Origin: an uncultured Desulfobacterales bacterium
GTDB lineage: Bacteria > Desulfobacterota > Desulfobacteria > Desulfobacterales > B30-G6
DNA length: 64,000 nucleotides
Direction of reading: 5' to 3'
Assembly (NCBI GenBank): GCA_964633115.1
Contig: CAZWEO010000004.1
Span: forward strand, 276 to 64,275
In this document: one piece after another, positions 55,953 through 64,000 of the stretch
Position numbering within the stretch: position 1 is the stretch's first letter
How the letters are laid out: each line of letters opens with the position of its first letter
Notes under the pieces: generated by a model
What the model was told of the DNA's origin: nothing
Databases searched by the model: none
What the model saw: only the letters and a program-made list of their open reading frames with translations
Made by a program: the position numbers and the translations under genes

Positions 55953-58475
55953 ATGTTAAAGCGTTTTTTTAAAGTCACTGCCCTGGCACATCCGCGCATC
56001 GTATTTATAATCATCCTAGCAATTATCTGCTTTTTGGGCTACCAAGCAACCAAGCTCGAAATCGATGCCTCTACTGAAACCCTGATAATGGAAAATGATG
56101 CCGACCTGCGCATCACCCGCGAAATAACAAATCGATACCGTTCACCGAATTTTCTCATCATAACTTTCAGCCCCAAGAACGAGAATTTACTTTCGGATAC
56201 AACCCTGGGTTACCTTCGACGACTCAAGGCAGACCTGCTCGGAATAGAGCAGATCGAGTCCGTTACCTCCATCCTGGATGTACCCTTGTTCGAAAGCCCA
56301 CCCAGGCCAGTCAAGGAAATGATCAAGAATATCGTCACGCTGGAATCGCCCGGTGTCGAAAAAGCTCTGGCTAAAAAGGAGCTGTTGGGCAGCCCCATCT
56401 ATCAAGACAACCTGGTCAGCCCAGATTTCAAAACCACTGCCCTTTTGGCCAATCTGTACACTGACGAACTTGCGGCAGGCTATATCAGCCGCCGCGACGC
56501 ACTCCGCAAAAAGCAAACCAACGGTACCCTCACTTCCCAAGAAGAAGCCGAACTGGAAACATTACGCGATGATTTTAAAACTCACCGCGATAAAATGCGC
56601 GCTGCCCAGCATGAAACCATCACCCAGGTTCGGGTTATAATGCAAAACTATAAAAATACAGCCGACCTCTTTCTGGGGGGTGTCAGCATGATTTCAGATG
56701 ACTTGATCACCTTTATCCGCACTGATCTGAAATTTTTCGGCCTGGGCGTACTTGTGTTTCTGATCACTATATTGTGGATCATTTTTCGTCAATTGCGCTG
56801 GTTGATTCTACCGGTTTTGACCTGTTTTTTCTCTGTCGTAGCCACCTGCGGCATCTTGGGTATCTTTGGATGGGAGGTGACCGTTATCTCCTCCAATTTC
56901 ATTTCCATTCAGTTGATCATTACCATGGCGATTACCATTCACCTGATTGTGCGATATCGGGAGTTGGCGGTGGTTCGATCCGAGGCTACCCAGCGCCAAT
57001 TGGTTTTGGAAACGCTGCTTGCCATGGCCAAACCCTGTCTGTATGCCATCTTGACCACCATGGCCGGTTTCAGCTCTTTAGTCTTCTGCGACATACGCCC
57101 GGTCATCAGCTTCGGCTGGATGATGAGCGCCGGCATCGGCGTGTCTTTGATTCTGACCTTTCTGATCTTTCCCAGTTTGATGATGATGCTGCCAAAGCTA
57201 AAACCAAATACTGCCTTTGAAACTCGTTTTGCCCTTACCAAAGGCATGGCTAGTTTGACGGCAAAACACGGCCCTAAAATCCTGTGGATCAGTGCCCTGG
57301 TTGCCGTTTTGAGCATAGTGGGGATATCTCGGTTGATTGTGGAAAACAGCTTCATCGATTATTTCAAAGAATCCACCGAGATCTTTCAGGGCATGCAGGT
57401 CATTGACCAGCAGCTTGGCGGTACCACCCCATTAGATATCGTCCTCAACTTTGATGGTAATGACAATTCCGCCACTGATAACACGGATACCACTTTAAAT
57501 GATGCTGAAGAAGACGCAGAATTCGATGAATTTGAAGATGAATTCGAGGCAGACAAAGACGAGGCCCAATATTGGTTTACAGCCGATAAAATGGCACAAG
57601 TCGAAAAGGTACACGACTATCTGGACCGTATTCCCGAAACCGGCAAGGTCATGTCCCTGGGCACGATGCTGAAAGTCGGAAAATCTCTGAATAATGACAA
57701 ACCATTGGATAATTTCCTATTGGCTCTCATCTATAACGAACTGCCAGATAGTATGAAGGACATCATCCTGAATCCTTATGTTTCAGTGGCAGACAACCAA
57801 GTCCGGTTTGCCGTCCGAGTGCGAGACTCGCAACCGGATCTAAGACGCAATGAACTGCTAAAAAAAATCCACAGCGGCCTGAGGAATGATCTGCAATTGG
57901 ATGAAGACAGCTACCAGCTTGCCAATCTACTGGTTCTCTACAACAACATGCTTCAAAGCCTGTTCAGCTCACAAATTCAAACCTTGGGGGCTGTGATTGC
58001 TGCCTTACTGGTCATGTTTATTATCCTCTTCCGCTCCCTCAAGATCGCCCTGATCGCTATTTTCCCCAATCTGCTTTCCGTAGTTGCCGTTCTGGGATTC
58101 ATGGGCTGGGCCAGAGTTCCTCTGGATATGATGACCATCACCATCGCCGCCATCAGTGTCGGCATCGCCGTTGACAATACCATTCATTACATCCACCGTT
58201 TTAAAAGGGAGTTTGCCGATTGCGGCCATTATCTTACCAGCATGCATCGCTGCCACGGGAGTATCGGCTATGCCATGTATTATACCTCCGTGACGATTAT
58301 CATCGGCTTCTCGATCCTTGTTCTTTCCAACTTTATTCCCAGTATTTATTTCGGCTTGTTAACCGGATTGGCCATGGTTATCGCCCTGATAGCCGCCCTG
58401 ACACTGCTGCCGCAGCTTATCATCTTCATTAAGCCGCTCGGACCGGAAGGCATGGATAAAAAGGCTCAACTCTAA
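55953..58475 (+). CDS. RND/MMPL-type membrane transporter (HpnN-like)
   Basis: 840 aa with two 6-TM bundles, each preceded by a large soluble loop (MMPL/SSD architecture). Confidence 0.85.
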   Translation: MLKRFFKVTALAHPRIVFIIILAIICFLGYQATKLEIDASTETLIMENDADLRITREITNRYRSPNFLIITFSPKNENLLSDTTLGYLRRLKADLLGIEQIESVTSILDVPLFESPPRPVKEMIKNIVTLESPGVEKALAKKELLGSPIYQDNLVSPDFKTTALLANLYTDELAAGYISRRDALRKKQTNGTLTSQEEAELETLRDDFKTHRDKMRAAQHETITQVRVIMQNYKNTADLFLGGVSMISDDLITFIRTDLKFFGLGVLVFLITILWIIFRQLRWLILPVLTCFFSVVATCGILGIFGWEVTVISSNFISIQLIITMAITIHLIVRYRELAVVRSEATQRQLVLETLLAMAKPCLYAILTTMAGFSSLVFCDIRPVISFGWMMSAGIGVSLILTFLIFPSLMMMLPKLKPNTAFETRFALTKGMASLTAKHGPKILWISALVAVLSIVGISRLIVENSFIDYFKESTEIFQGMQVIDQQLGGTTPLDIVLNFDGNDNSATDNTDTTLNDAEEDAEFDEFEDEFEADKDEAQYWFTADKMAQVEKVHDYLDRIPETGKVMSLGTMLKVGKSLNNDKPLDNFLLALIYNELPDSMKDIILNPYVSVADNQVRFAVRVRDSQPDLRRNELLKKIHSGLRNDLQLDEDSYQLANLLVLYNNMLQSLFSSQIQTLGAVIAALLVMFIILFRSLKIALIAIFPNLLSVVAVLGFMGWARVPLDMMTITIAAISVGIAVDNTIHYIHRFKREFADCGHYLTSMHRCHGSIGYAMYYTSVTIIIGFSILVLSNFIPSIYFGLLTGLAMVIALIAALTLLPQLIIFIKPLGPEGMDKKAQL

Positions 58476-58543
58476 ATTGAATACTTGAGGATAGTTGAGC
58501 AATGATATGAAAGTAACTATGCATTTGTGAAACCGGCTGATCT

Positions 58544-59488
58544 TTACCTTAGCTTTTTTGTCTTGACTCTCGCCTGTTCAGCCCGACGTTCCTCTCCCAC
58601 TCTTAGCAACATTTCACGATTTTCCGCTGAAACTTGCATAAAATTCGTGCGCCAGGATTCGTCTTCGGACCAGATAAAGGGTGCCTGGACCGTGGTTCGC
58701 GGCTGCCAGGCATATTCAAGCAGATCCAGCACCATTGCCATGATGGCACGTTGCATTTCCTTATCCCAAGGCCTACCAAATGGATTCCCCAATGGAAAGT
58801 CCGTGAACAGAAAACGGGCTACGCCGCACTCTTCAACGATATCTCGAGCAGACCCCACCACAATAGTAGGGATACTATTTTCTTCCAGATGTCGGGCGAC
58901 CAGACTCACGGTCTGGTGACACACCGGTCAAAGGGCCGGTAAAATCATGGCTTCAACTTTATCCTCTTGGCAAAGGGAAAGAACTCGGGGGGCAGATTTT
59001 TTGGATGTTTTGCCTTGGCTGTAGTCGGTCATGACACCGTAGAATCGGGGCGAGGCTAAACCGATTCTGCCTTCAGTAGCACATTCCGCCAGCCGATTCA
59101 GGGGCATAAAGCTGCCATTATCATCTGTGTGGGTAGCTTCCTGATCCCATTGTAGGTCCTGGGTGTAGAAATGCTCGGGGGCATCCACCACCTGATGGGC
59201 AAACACTTTGCGGGTCAGATGCCGTTCCTGCTTACTTTTACCGGGCGGCTTTTCAAGATCGGCCGTGGTCAGCAATCCGATTCGGCATTCGGAAAGCGGT
59301 TTGACCAGTTTGGCGAAGGGAACCTCTTTATGCGCAACCCATTTATAGGGCTGTGTGTAGCCATGGGCGGCATAATATTCCCTGGAACGGTCGATGTAGT
59401 TCACAAATGAACTGTTGGATCGACGTTTGATCATGTCGTCTATCCTATTATATGTGGTGAGGGTCTTTTTGGGAATGGTTTTTGGCAT
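58544..59488 (-). CDS. GrdB-family (glycine/sarcosine/betaine reductase selenoprotein B-like) protein, probable selenoprotein (TGA at 58930-58928 read as Sec)
   Basis: ORFs 58928..59488 and 58544..58924 are in one frame, separated by a single TGA. Read-through gives 314 aa with ...EAMILPAL-U-PVCHQTVSLVARHLEENSIPTIVV..., a UxxC motif in a GRDB-like context. A SECIS-like hairpin follows. RBS GGGAGGG upstream. Confidence 0.7.
58896..58920 (-). promoter_or_regulatory. Candidate bacterial SECIS hairpin for the TGA at 58930-58928
   Basis: On the minus strand: ACCAGAC CGTGA GTCTGGT (58917-58899). The 7-bp perfect stem starts 11 nt after the TGA. The loop G/U residues lie 19-21 nt after it. Confidence 0.55.
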
Positions 59489-59599
59489 TTATAGGACACC
59501 CTCCCCTAACCCCTCCCATCAAGGGAGGAGAATACGGAAGACAAGTACTGTTGGCTTATTAACTCAACTTTCGGCTTTCGCTCAGAGGTGACGGATTGT

Positions 59600-61036
59600 T
59601 CATTTCGCGTCACCTGAATCCCGCGACTTTAGAAGTTCGTCCCAAACTGTTTGAACCCGACTTTTAGTCTCTTCAAGCGAACCCTCATTTTCAATTACAA
59701 AATCCGCATAACTGGTTTTTTCATCGATGGGAAGCTGGGACTTCATGACGTTTTCGGCTTCGGCCATGGATATACCATCACGTTCCGCCAGCCTTTTGGC
59801 CTGGGTATCGGGTTTAACATAAACCACTAGCAGTTTGTCGAAAAGAAACTGTAGGTTCTGTTCGATGAGCAGGGGTACCGACACCTGGATTACTGCATCG
59901 GGTTGATCTTGTGTGATCTGTTCAATCGCTTTGAAAAATTCGTCGTAAATATAGGGGTGGGTGAAGCTTTCCAGTTTTTTACGTTTCTCTAAATCACCAA
60001 ATACAATGCCGGACAGCTTTTTGCGATCCAATTCACCATTTTCCTGCAAGACCTGCTTACCGAAATAATCCACAATCTGCTTATAGCCCTGAGTTCCCTG
60101 CGCCACAACTTTTCTGGCTAGTAGATCAAAATCGATCAAGGACGATCCCAATTCTGTCAGCATGTCGGACACGGTTGACTTGCCGCTGGCGATTCCGCCG
60201 GTAACGCCCAGCAGCAGGTGTTTGCCTTTGATCCTTTTCATGATATCCTCCAGACCGGCATAGGTGGCCGGAAACATGGGACCCACATCCCCTTCGGCAC
60301 CGGCATAACTGATGGGATAGCGCACACCCCGCCGATATAGTGTCTCCAAGCCTGCCAGCGCTTTGGCCATCATACCTCTAGGCAGGGCCATCACCAGGTC
60401 CTCGTCCTGGGCATGTCCGTAGCGGCGCTCGCCATAGCAGGGAATACTCAGGGATGGTTTACCGGTTTGATAGCTGCGGACGATGGCATCCGAGCAGGAG
60501 GATTCGCCCACACAAAAAAACTGCATCACCTCATAATCCTCAAATTGCAATGCATTGATCAGCAAGATCATCTGAGCCGGGTTGGCATATATGAGCACGA
60601 TGTCAGGCTCAAAAGGCTTATATACCAAGGGTGCCATGACCACGGCCTCATATTTTCCCAACGGCAATCTGGGTATGGCCGCCTCGAACTTGCGCGCATC
60701 CTTTTTGGTCTTGACCCAGACGATGCTTCGGAAAGTACCATCCTTGCAGATCTCGGGGACATCGCAGAGTCCGATGATGGAGGGGCAGGCTGAAAACAAA
60801 AAGTCATCCAGATCAGCGCCCACGGTCCAGTCAAAGTTGCGTACCCGTGTAATCAACTGGCACAAGGTCGTCTTTTTGCTACTGCGACGCAAAAAGGGAA
60901 TATGTTCAAGCTCGGATTTGTCGGTTAACATCTTAAATGCCACCGGAAATGATTTCAGACGGAGCAGTTGCTCCATGCGTCTAACCACTTTTTCCCAGTC
61001 TATTGGCTTAAGTGACTGCGGACTATCTGGCATCAT
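59600..61036 (-). CDS. coaE: DUF169 domain fused to dephospho-CoA kinase (CoaE)
   Basis: The N-terminal ~270 aa are DUF169-like (FPVAFKML...TLCQLITRVRNFDW...CYGERRYG). The C-terminal ~200 aa are CoaE (LGVTGGIASGKSTVSDML, HPYIY, PLLIE). AAGGAG precedes the ATGATG at 61036/61033. Confidence 0.8.
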   Translation of the reverse strand: MMPDSPQSLKPIDWEKVVRRMEQLLRLKSFPVAFKMLTDKSELEHIPFLRRSSKKTTLCQLITRVRNFDWTVGADLDDFLFSACPSIIGLCDVPEICKDGTFRSIVWVKTKKDARKFEAAIPRLPLGKYEAVVMAPLVYKPFEPDIVLIYANPAQMILLINALQFEDYEVMQFFCVGESSCSDAIVRSYQTGKPSLSIPCYGERRYGHAQDEDLVMALPRGMMAKALAGLETLYRRGVRYPISYAGAEGDVGPMFPATYAGLEDIMKRIKGKHLLLGVTGGIASGKSTVSDMLTELGSSLIDFDLLARKVVAQGTQGYKQIVDYFGKQVLQENGELDRKKLSGIVFGDLEKRKKLESFTHPYIYDEFFKAIEQITQDQPDAVIQVSVPLLIEQNLQFLFDKLLVVYVKPDTQAKRLAERDGISMAEAENVMKSQLPIDEKTSYADFVIENEGSLEETKSRVQTVWDELLKSRDSGDAK

Positions 61037-61043
61037 GTTCTCC

Positions 61044-62201
61044 TTATTGCCTATGTTTGCGATACGCAAAGGGGCTATAATTGCCCTTTTTTAGCGCTGT
61101 CACAAGATCCTGCTCATTTTCTATGGTCTGCTGAAAACAGGTTACATACCTGCCCACATCCCCAATAGCATGGGCATCACTGCCGCCGGTGGCAGGCAGT
61201 TTCATGCCGGCGGCTACCTGGGCGGCAAAATCATTCTCCGGCCGGGTGACTTTGCCATTTAATACTTCTATTGCATCCACCGCTTGATAAACTTGGCGCT
61301 GCATGGCCTTTTCTACGGTCATGCCAATCTGACTGGTGTTGAAAACGAGGAAACCTCTGAATGGATGGGCGGCAATTACAAATCCGCCAGCAGTATCCAC
61401 CATCCCTCTAAGGTCGGCCAAGTTGATAATGCCTTTGACATCCTGGTACATCCCAAATACCAGCATGTCTCCCTGATCGGTGGTAATTTCATTACCCCTT
61501 ATAATTGGGAATCCATGTTTGTGTTTCAAATTTTCGATATCATTGAGAGACCACACATGGTTGTGGTCGGTAAGGCAGATGGCATCCAGACCGATCTTTT
61601 TAGCCTCAACGATCAGATCATCGATATTGACGGTGCTGCACTGGGAAGCCGGGTAAGAATGCATGTGCAGGTCAATATAGAAATCTCCGGATGCTTCTTC
61701 TTTGGATTCCCTACGAGGCTCTGCTATGAAAATATGCTCTGCCTGCTTGGATTCTGGCGCAATCGTAGGCTGTTTCTCCCTATCCTCACCCACTACATCA
61801 GCTAGATAGTCAGCAAACGTCAAATCGTTTTGTTCTTTGTGAGCGGCCGTGAATTGGATAACACCAACTGCTTCTTTGGCTGCCTGGCAACATTCCAACA
61901 ACAAATTGGCAAAGTGGGGACATGCTTGGCGGCTCACAACCTTGTTTATTTGTTGGCCCAGAGATTCATTGTCAATTTTAAATCCTTTAGCGACTTCCAT
62001 TAAAGGCAGGGCTCGCGAGCATTCGGGGGTTTCTTCCCGGTTCCATTTTCCCTGGATGGATGTAATTGTCATGTCGTCAATGCAGACCGTCAGATCGATC
62101 TCCAGGCCCCAAATATCGTCTTCCAGTAATCCATGAACGCGAACATCTTCAGAATTATCCTGATAGACACTGACCAGCTTGTTTCTCTGGAATTTGAGCA
62201 T
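61044..62201 (-). CDS. DUF2889 domain fused to a PHP-family phosphoesterase domain
   Basis: The N-terminal ~130 aa resemble DUF2889 (...ACPHFANLLLECCQAAKEA). The C-terminal part has the PHP motif YIDLHMHSYPASQCS, plus CLTDHN and GGSDAH. Confidence 0.75.
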   Translation of the reverse strand: MLKFQRNKLVSVYQDNSEDVRVHGLLEDDIWGLEIDLTVCIDDMTITSIQGKWNREETPECSRALPLMEVAKGFKIDNESLGQQINKVVSRQACPHFANLLLECCQAAKEAVGVIQFTAAHKEQNDLTFADYLADVVGEDREKQPTIAPESKQAEHIFIAEPRRESKEEASGDFYIDLHMHSYPASQCSTVNIDDLIVEAKKIGLDAICLTDHNHVWSLNDIENLKHKHGFPIIRGNEITTDQGDMLVFGMYQDVKGIINLADLRGMVDTAGGFVIAAHPFRGFLVFNTSQIGMTVEKAMQRQVYQAVDAIEVLNGKVTRPENDFAAQVAAGMKLPATGGSDAHAIGDVGRYVTCFQQTIENEQDLVTALKKGNYSPFAYRKHRQ

Positions 62202-62320
62202 CTAAAGCTATCCTTACCTAATGATTTTCAGTTAAAGTCAAATGCCTCGACCATGGCAGAACTTAATGATTCATTTTAATTATAGATTATTGAACCTAAC
62301 AGAATTGTATAACACAACAA

Positions 62321-62812
62321 TTATATCTCTATTCCGTCTAACAATGGGCTCCCCGCCGCAAAGGCAGCACAACTATTATGTAAGCGGATGTTTTCCTTAA
62401 CCATTTTTTTAAAGAACTCAGTGGATTTGGCTTTTCCTTTGGGCGCCAAAGCCAAAGCATCTTTGGTAAAGGCCAGGATTACGGCATGGCAGCATTCCTC
62501 GATAAGATAGGGTAATTCCGCATTGTCGGTCACTTCACCGATCAGGCCCCGGATGATTTTTTTCATACCGGCACCGATGCGCACGCCCTTGATCTTCTCA
62601 AGTGCTTCAGATGCTGGAACGGCGTGACCAGCTGCCGTACGGTTGAAGCTTCCTTCAGCATTCAGAATCGTCAATTCAGGAAATTGAATGCGGACACGAA
62701 CAAAGGCCTCGGTTAGGGTGTCTTGGAGAGAGCAAGTCGATACAAGGGTTTGATCATCCACTTGCTCAACACTGGTGGAACGATTGCGGGAATAACTCAG
62801 GATGGTAGTCAT
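62321..62812 (-). CDS. DUF2889 family protein
   Basis: 163 aa. LPYLIEECCHAVILAF parallels PHFANLLLECCQAAKEA of the neighbour. Confidence 0.65.
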   Translation of the reverse strand: MTTILSYSRNRSTSVEQVDDQTLVSTCSLQDTLTEAFVRVRIQFPELTILNAEGSFNRTAAGHAVPASEALEKIKGVRIGAGMKKIIRGLIGEVTDNAELPYLIEECCHAVILAFTKDALALAPKGKAKSTEFFKKMVKENIRLHNSCAAFAAGSPLLDGIEI

Positions 62813-62905
62813 GTCGCCCCTTTTGTGTGGCTGCCTAGATTGATTATGGCGGGTTCAGCCCATAAGGCCATTTTTACTTTATAAACAAATAGGCTATAGG
62901 CTAAT

Positions 62906-64000
62906 TTAGGCCCGATGCGTTTCGGGCAGCGTGGCCTGCTCTGACCATTCTTTGGGAAAATTTTGTTTCGGTTCTTCACCGAATTTTTCTTTCAGCTTGG
63001 CCAAACCAGGTCGGGCAAATTTCATATGGCCCTCGGTTAATGTACGCCCGTTGATGACGGCCTCCGACCGCAGGCGATGCCCCACGGTGCGCTCAAGCTG
63101 CCTTCCCAGCCACAGGATGCGATCCACATTATAACCGTGTTCGATACCCATTTCATCGATTTGAACCAGCATGTCTTCCAGACAGGTCAGGCCCACATAG
63201 CGGGGATCCTCATAGTAGTATTCGCCGGTTCCAGGCACCGGAGTATCATCCAGGAAATTAGCTGGCTGACCGCCCATTCCGCCCATGGTGGCTTCAAAAT
63301 GAGTTATACCGGCATGCAATGCTGCCAATACAGATGCCGATGCAACCCGTTTGGTTTCATGAAAATGGGCAATATGGAGTTTGGTATCTGGAATTTCATC
63401 CAGGATCATGGAGAAATAACGGTAAACATCCGGTGCCGAAGCACTGCCGTCATGATCGGCATGTTCGATATCCGAGGCCCCTATCTCTAACCAACGTTTG
63501 GTGAATTCCACAGCATCTTTCATGTCTGTTGCACCGGCGATGGGGCTTCCCCAGATGGTGCTAACAGTACCGCACATTTTGATACCGGCGTCGGTGCATT
63601 TTTTAATGGCGCGCTCAGCTTCGGCCCAGTAATCCGGCAGCGTGGTTCCGGAGTTCGCAAAATGGTGCTCTTCTTCCGTGGACACCATCATCAGCACCCG
63701 ATCCGGTCCGATGCCTTTCTGCTTGAGTTGAATTGCGCGATCCACAGATCTTTCGCGAATGGTGACGGCGGTGATACAAATATCGTCGTAATTGATGCCT
63801 TTGCGCTCGCACCGTTTTTTGAAGCGGTCACTGCGCAGATGCGCCAGCACCTCCTCGGCATCGGCAAACTGCGGCATCAGATATGCGTTCCCCAGGTTGG
63901 TAACTTCGATATTGAGGCAACCAGCAAAAATCAGTTCCTCGGCATAAAATATCTTGGCGCGGGTGCTGATGAACTTTTCCAGATGTTGGAAGCCATCCCG
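62906..64000 (-). CDS. HMGL-like (pyruvate carboxyltransferase / HMG-CoA lyase family) protein; the N-terminus lies beyond the right edge
   Basis: The reading frame stays open upstream of the listed ATG (63877) to the window end. That stretch translates RDGFQHLEKFISTRAKIFYAEELIFAGCLNIEVTNLGNAYLMPQFADAEEV, i.e. the RDG(L/F)Q and PQ(M/F)AD motifs of this TIM-barrel family. HFHETK and the His/Asp ligand context lie downstream. Confidence 0.8.
   Translation of the reverse strand, partial: RDGFQHLEKFISTRAKIFYAEELIFAGCLNIEVTNLGNAYLMPQFADAEEVLAHLRSDRFKKRCERKGINYDDICITAVTIRERSVDRAIQLKQKGIGPDRVLMMVSTEEEHHFANSGTTLPDYWAEAERAIKKCTDAGIKMCGTVSTIWGSPIAGATDMKDAVEFTKRWLEIGASDIEHADHDGSASAPDVYRYFSMILDEIPDTKLHIAHFHETKRVASASVLAALHAGITHFEATMGGMGGQPANFLDDTPVPGTGEYYYEDPRYVGLTCLEDMLVQIDEMGIEHGYNVDRILWLGRQLERTVGHRLRSEAVINGRTLTEGHMKFARPGLAKLKEKFGEEPKQNFPKEWSEQATLPETHRA

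Noticed and set aside
1-64000. Search for tRNA, rRNA, CRISPR arrays, transposases, integrases, toxin-antitoxin pairs and phage genes
   Set aside because: None were recognised. All ORFs over 100 aa outside the annotated genes overlap larger, better-supported genes. A tRNAscan/Infernal run would be needed to exclude small RNAs formally.

Overview
This is a 64-kb chromosomal window, most likely from an anaerobic Desulfobacterota (Desulfobacterales-like) bacterium. That guess rests on gene content: hgcAB, tetraheme cytochrome c3, formate-THF ligase, Sec-recoded genes and sigma-54/psp. About 59 protein-coding genes fill nearly all the space. I saw no rRNA, tRNA, CRISPR array, transposase, integrase or phage gene. 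All family calls come from motifs read by eye in the translations, not from searches. Recognisable content, left to right: (1) an exported caspase-like (C14) operon with an LPP20/DUF4384 partner and PPC/CARDB lipoproteins; (2) an FGGY kinase and an RCK K+ channel; (3) arsR-hgcA-hgcB (mercury methylation) with a Cys-rich small ORF upstream; (4) plsY, Smr and an IspH fused to a UbiA-type prenyltransferase; (5) CooT, DUF3842 and parAB; (6) an M48/TPR protease, an EF-G paralog and cytochrome c3; (7) a TRAP transporter with two Tat-signal binding proteins, an oversized DctQ and a DctM carrying a 340-aa coiled-coil tail; (8) TetR, a FecR-domain protein and RNase II/R; (9) an ABC exporter pair and fhs; (10) a B12-radical SAM enzyme; (11) pspF and sigma-54 pspABC; (12) an acyltransferase-3, DUF2141 and a CrtI-like oxidoreductase; (13) a LytS/LytTR pair, ABC_ATPase, cupin and a CheR-like methyltransferase; (14) MlaA-MlaC-RND; (15) a cluster of fused DUF proteins (DUF169-CoaE, DUF2889-PHP, DUF2889, HMGL-like). 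The best hunt results are two ORF pairs that the track splits at in-frame TGA codons. Each TGA has a SECIS-like hairpin at the expected distance: a DUF166-like protein with T-U-C and a GrdB-family protein with U-P-V-C. Both are probably selenoproteins. Other observations: a recurrent AATCGT-N3-ACGATT dyad in intergenic hairpins, a ~100-nt intergenic repeat present twice, several Rosetta-stone fusions, and the unusual TRAP architecture. I found no clear-cut entirely new system. The 58.5-64 kb DUF/selenoprotein cluster and the B12-rSAM/DUF166 pair are the most promising uncharacterised modules.
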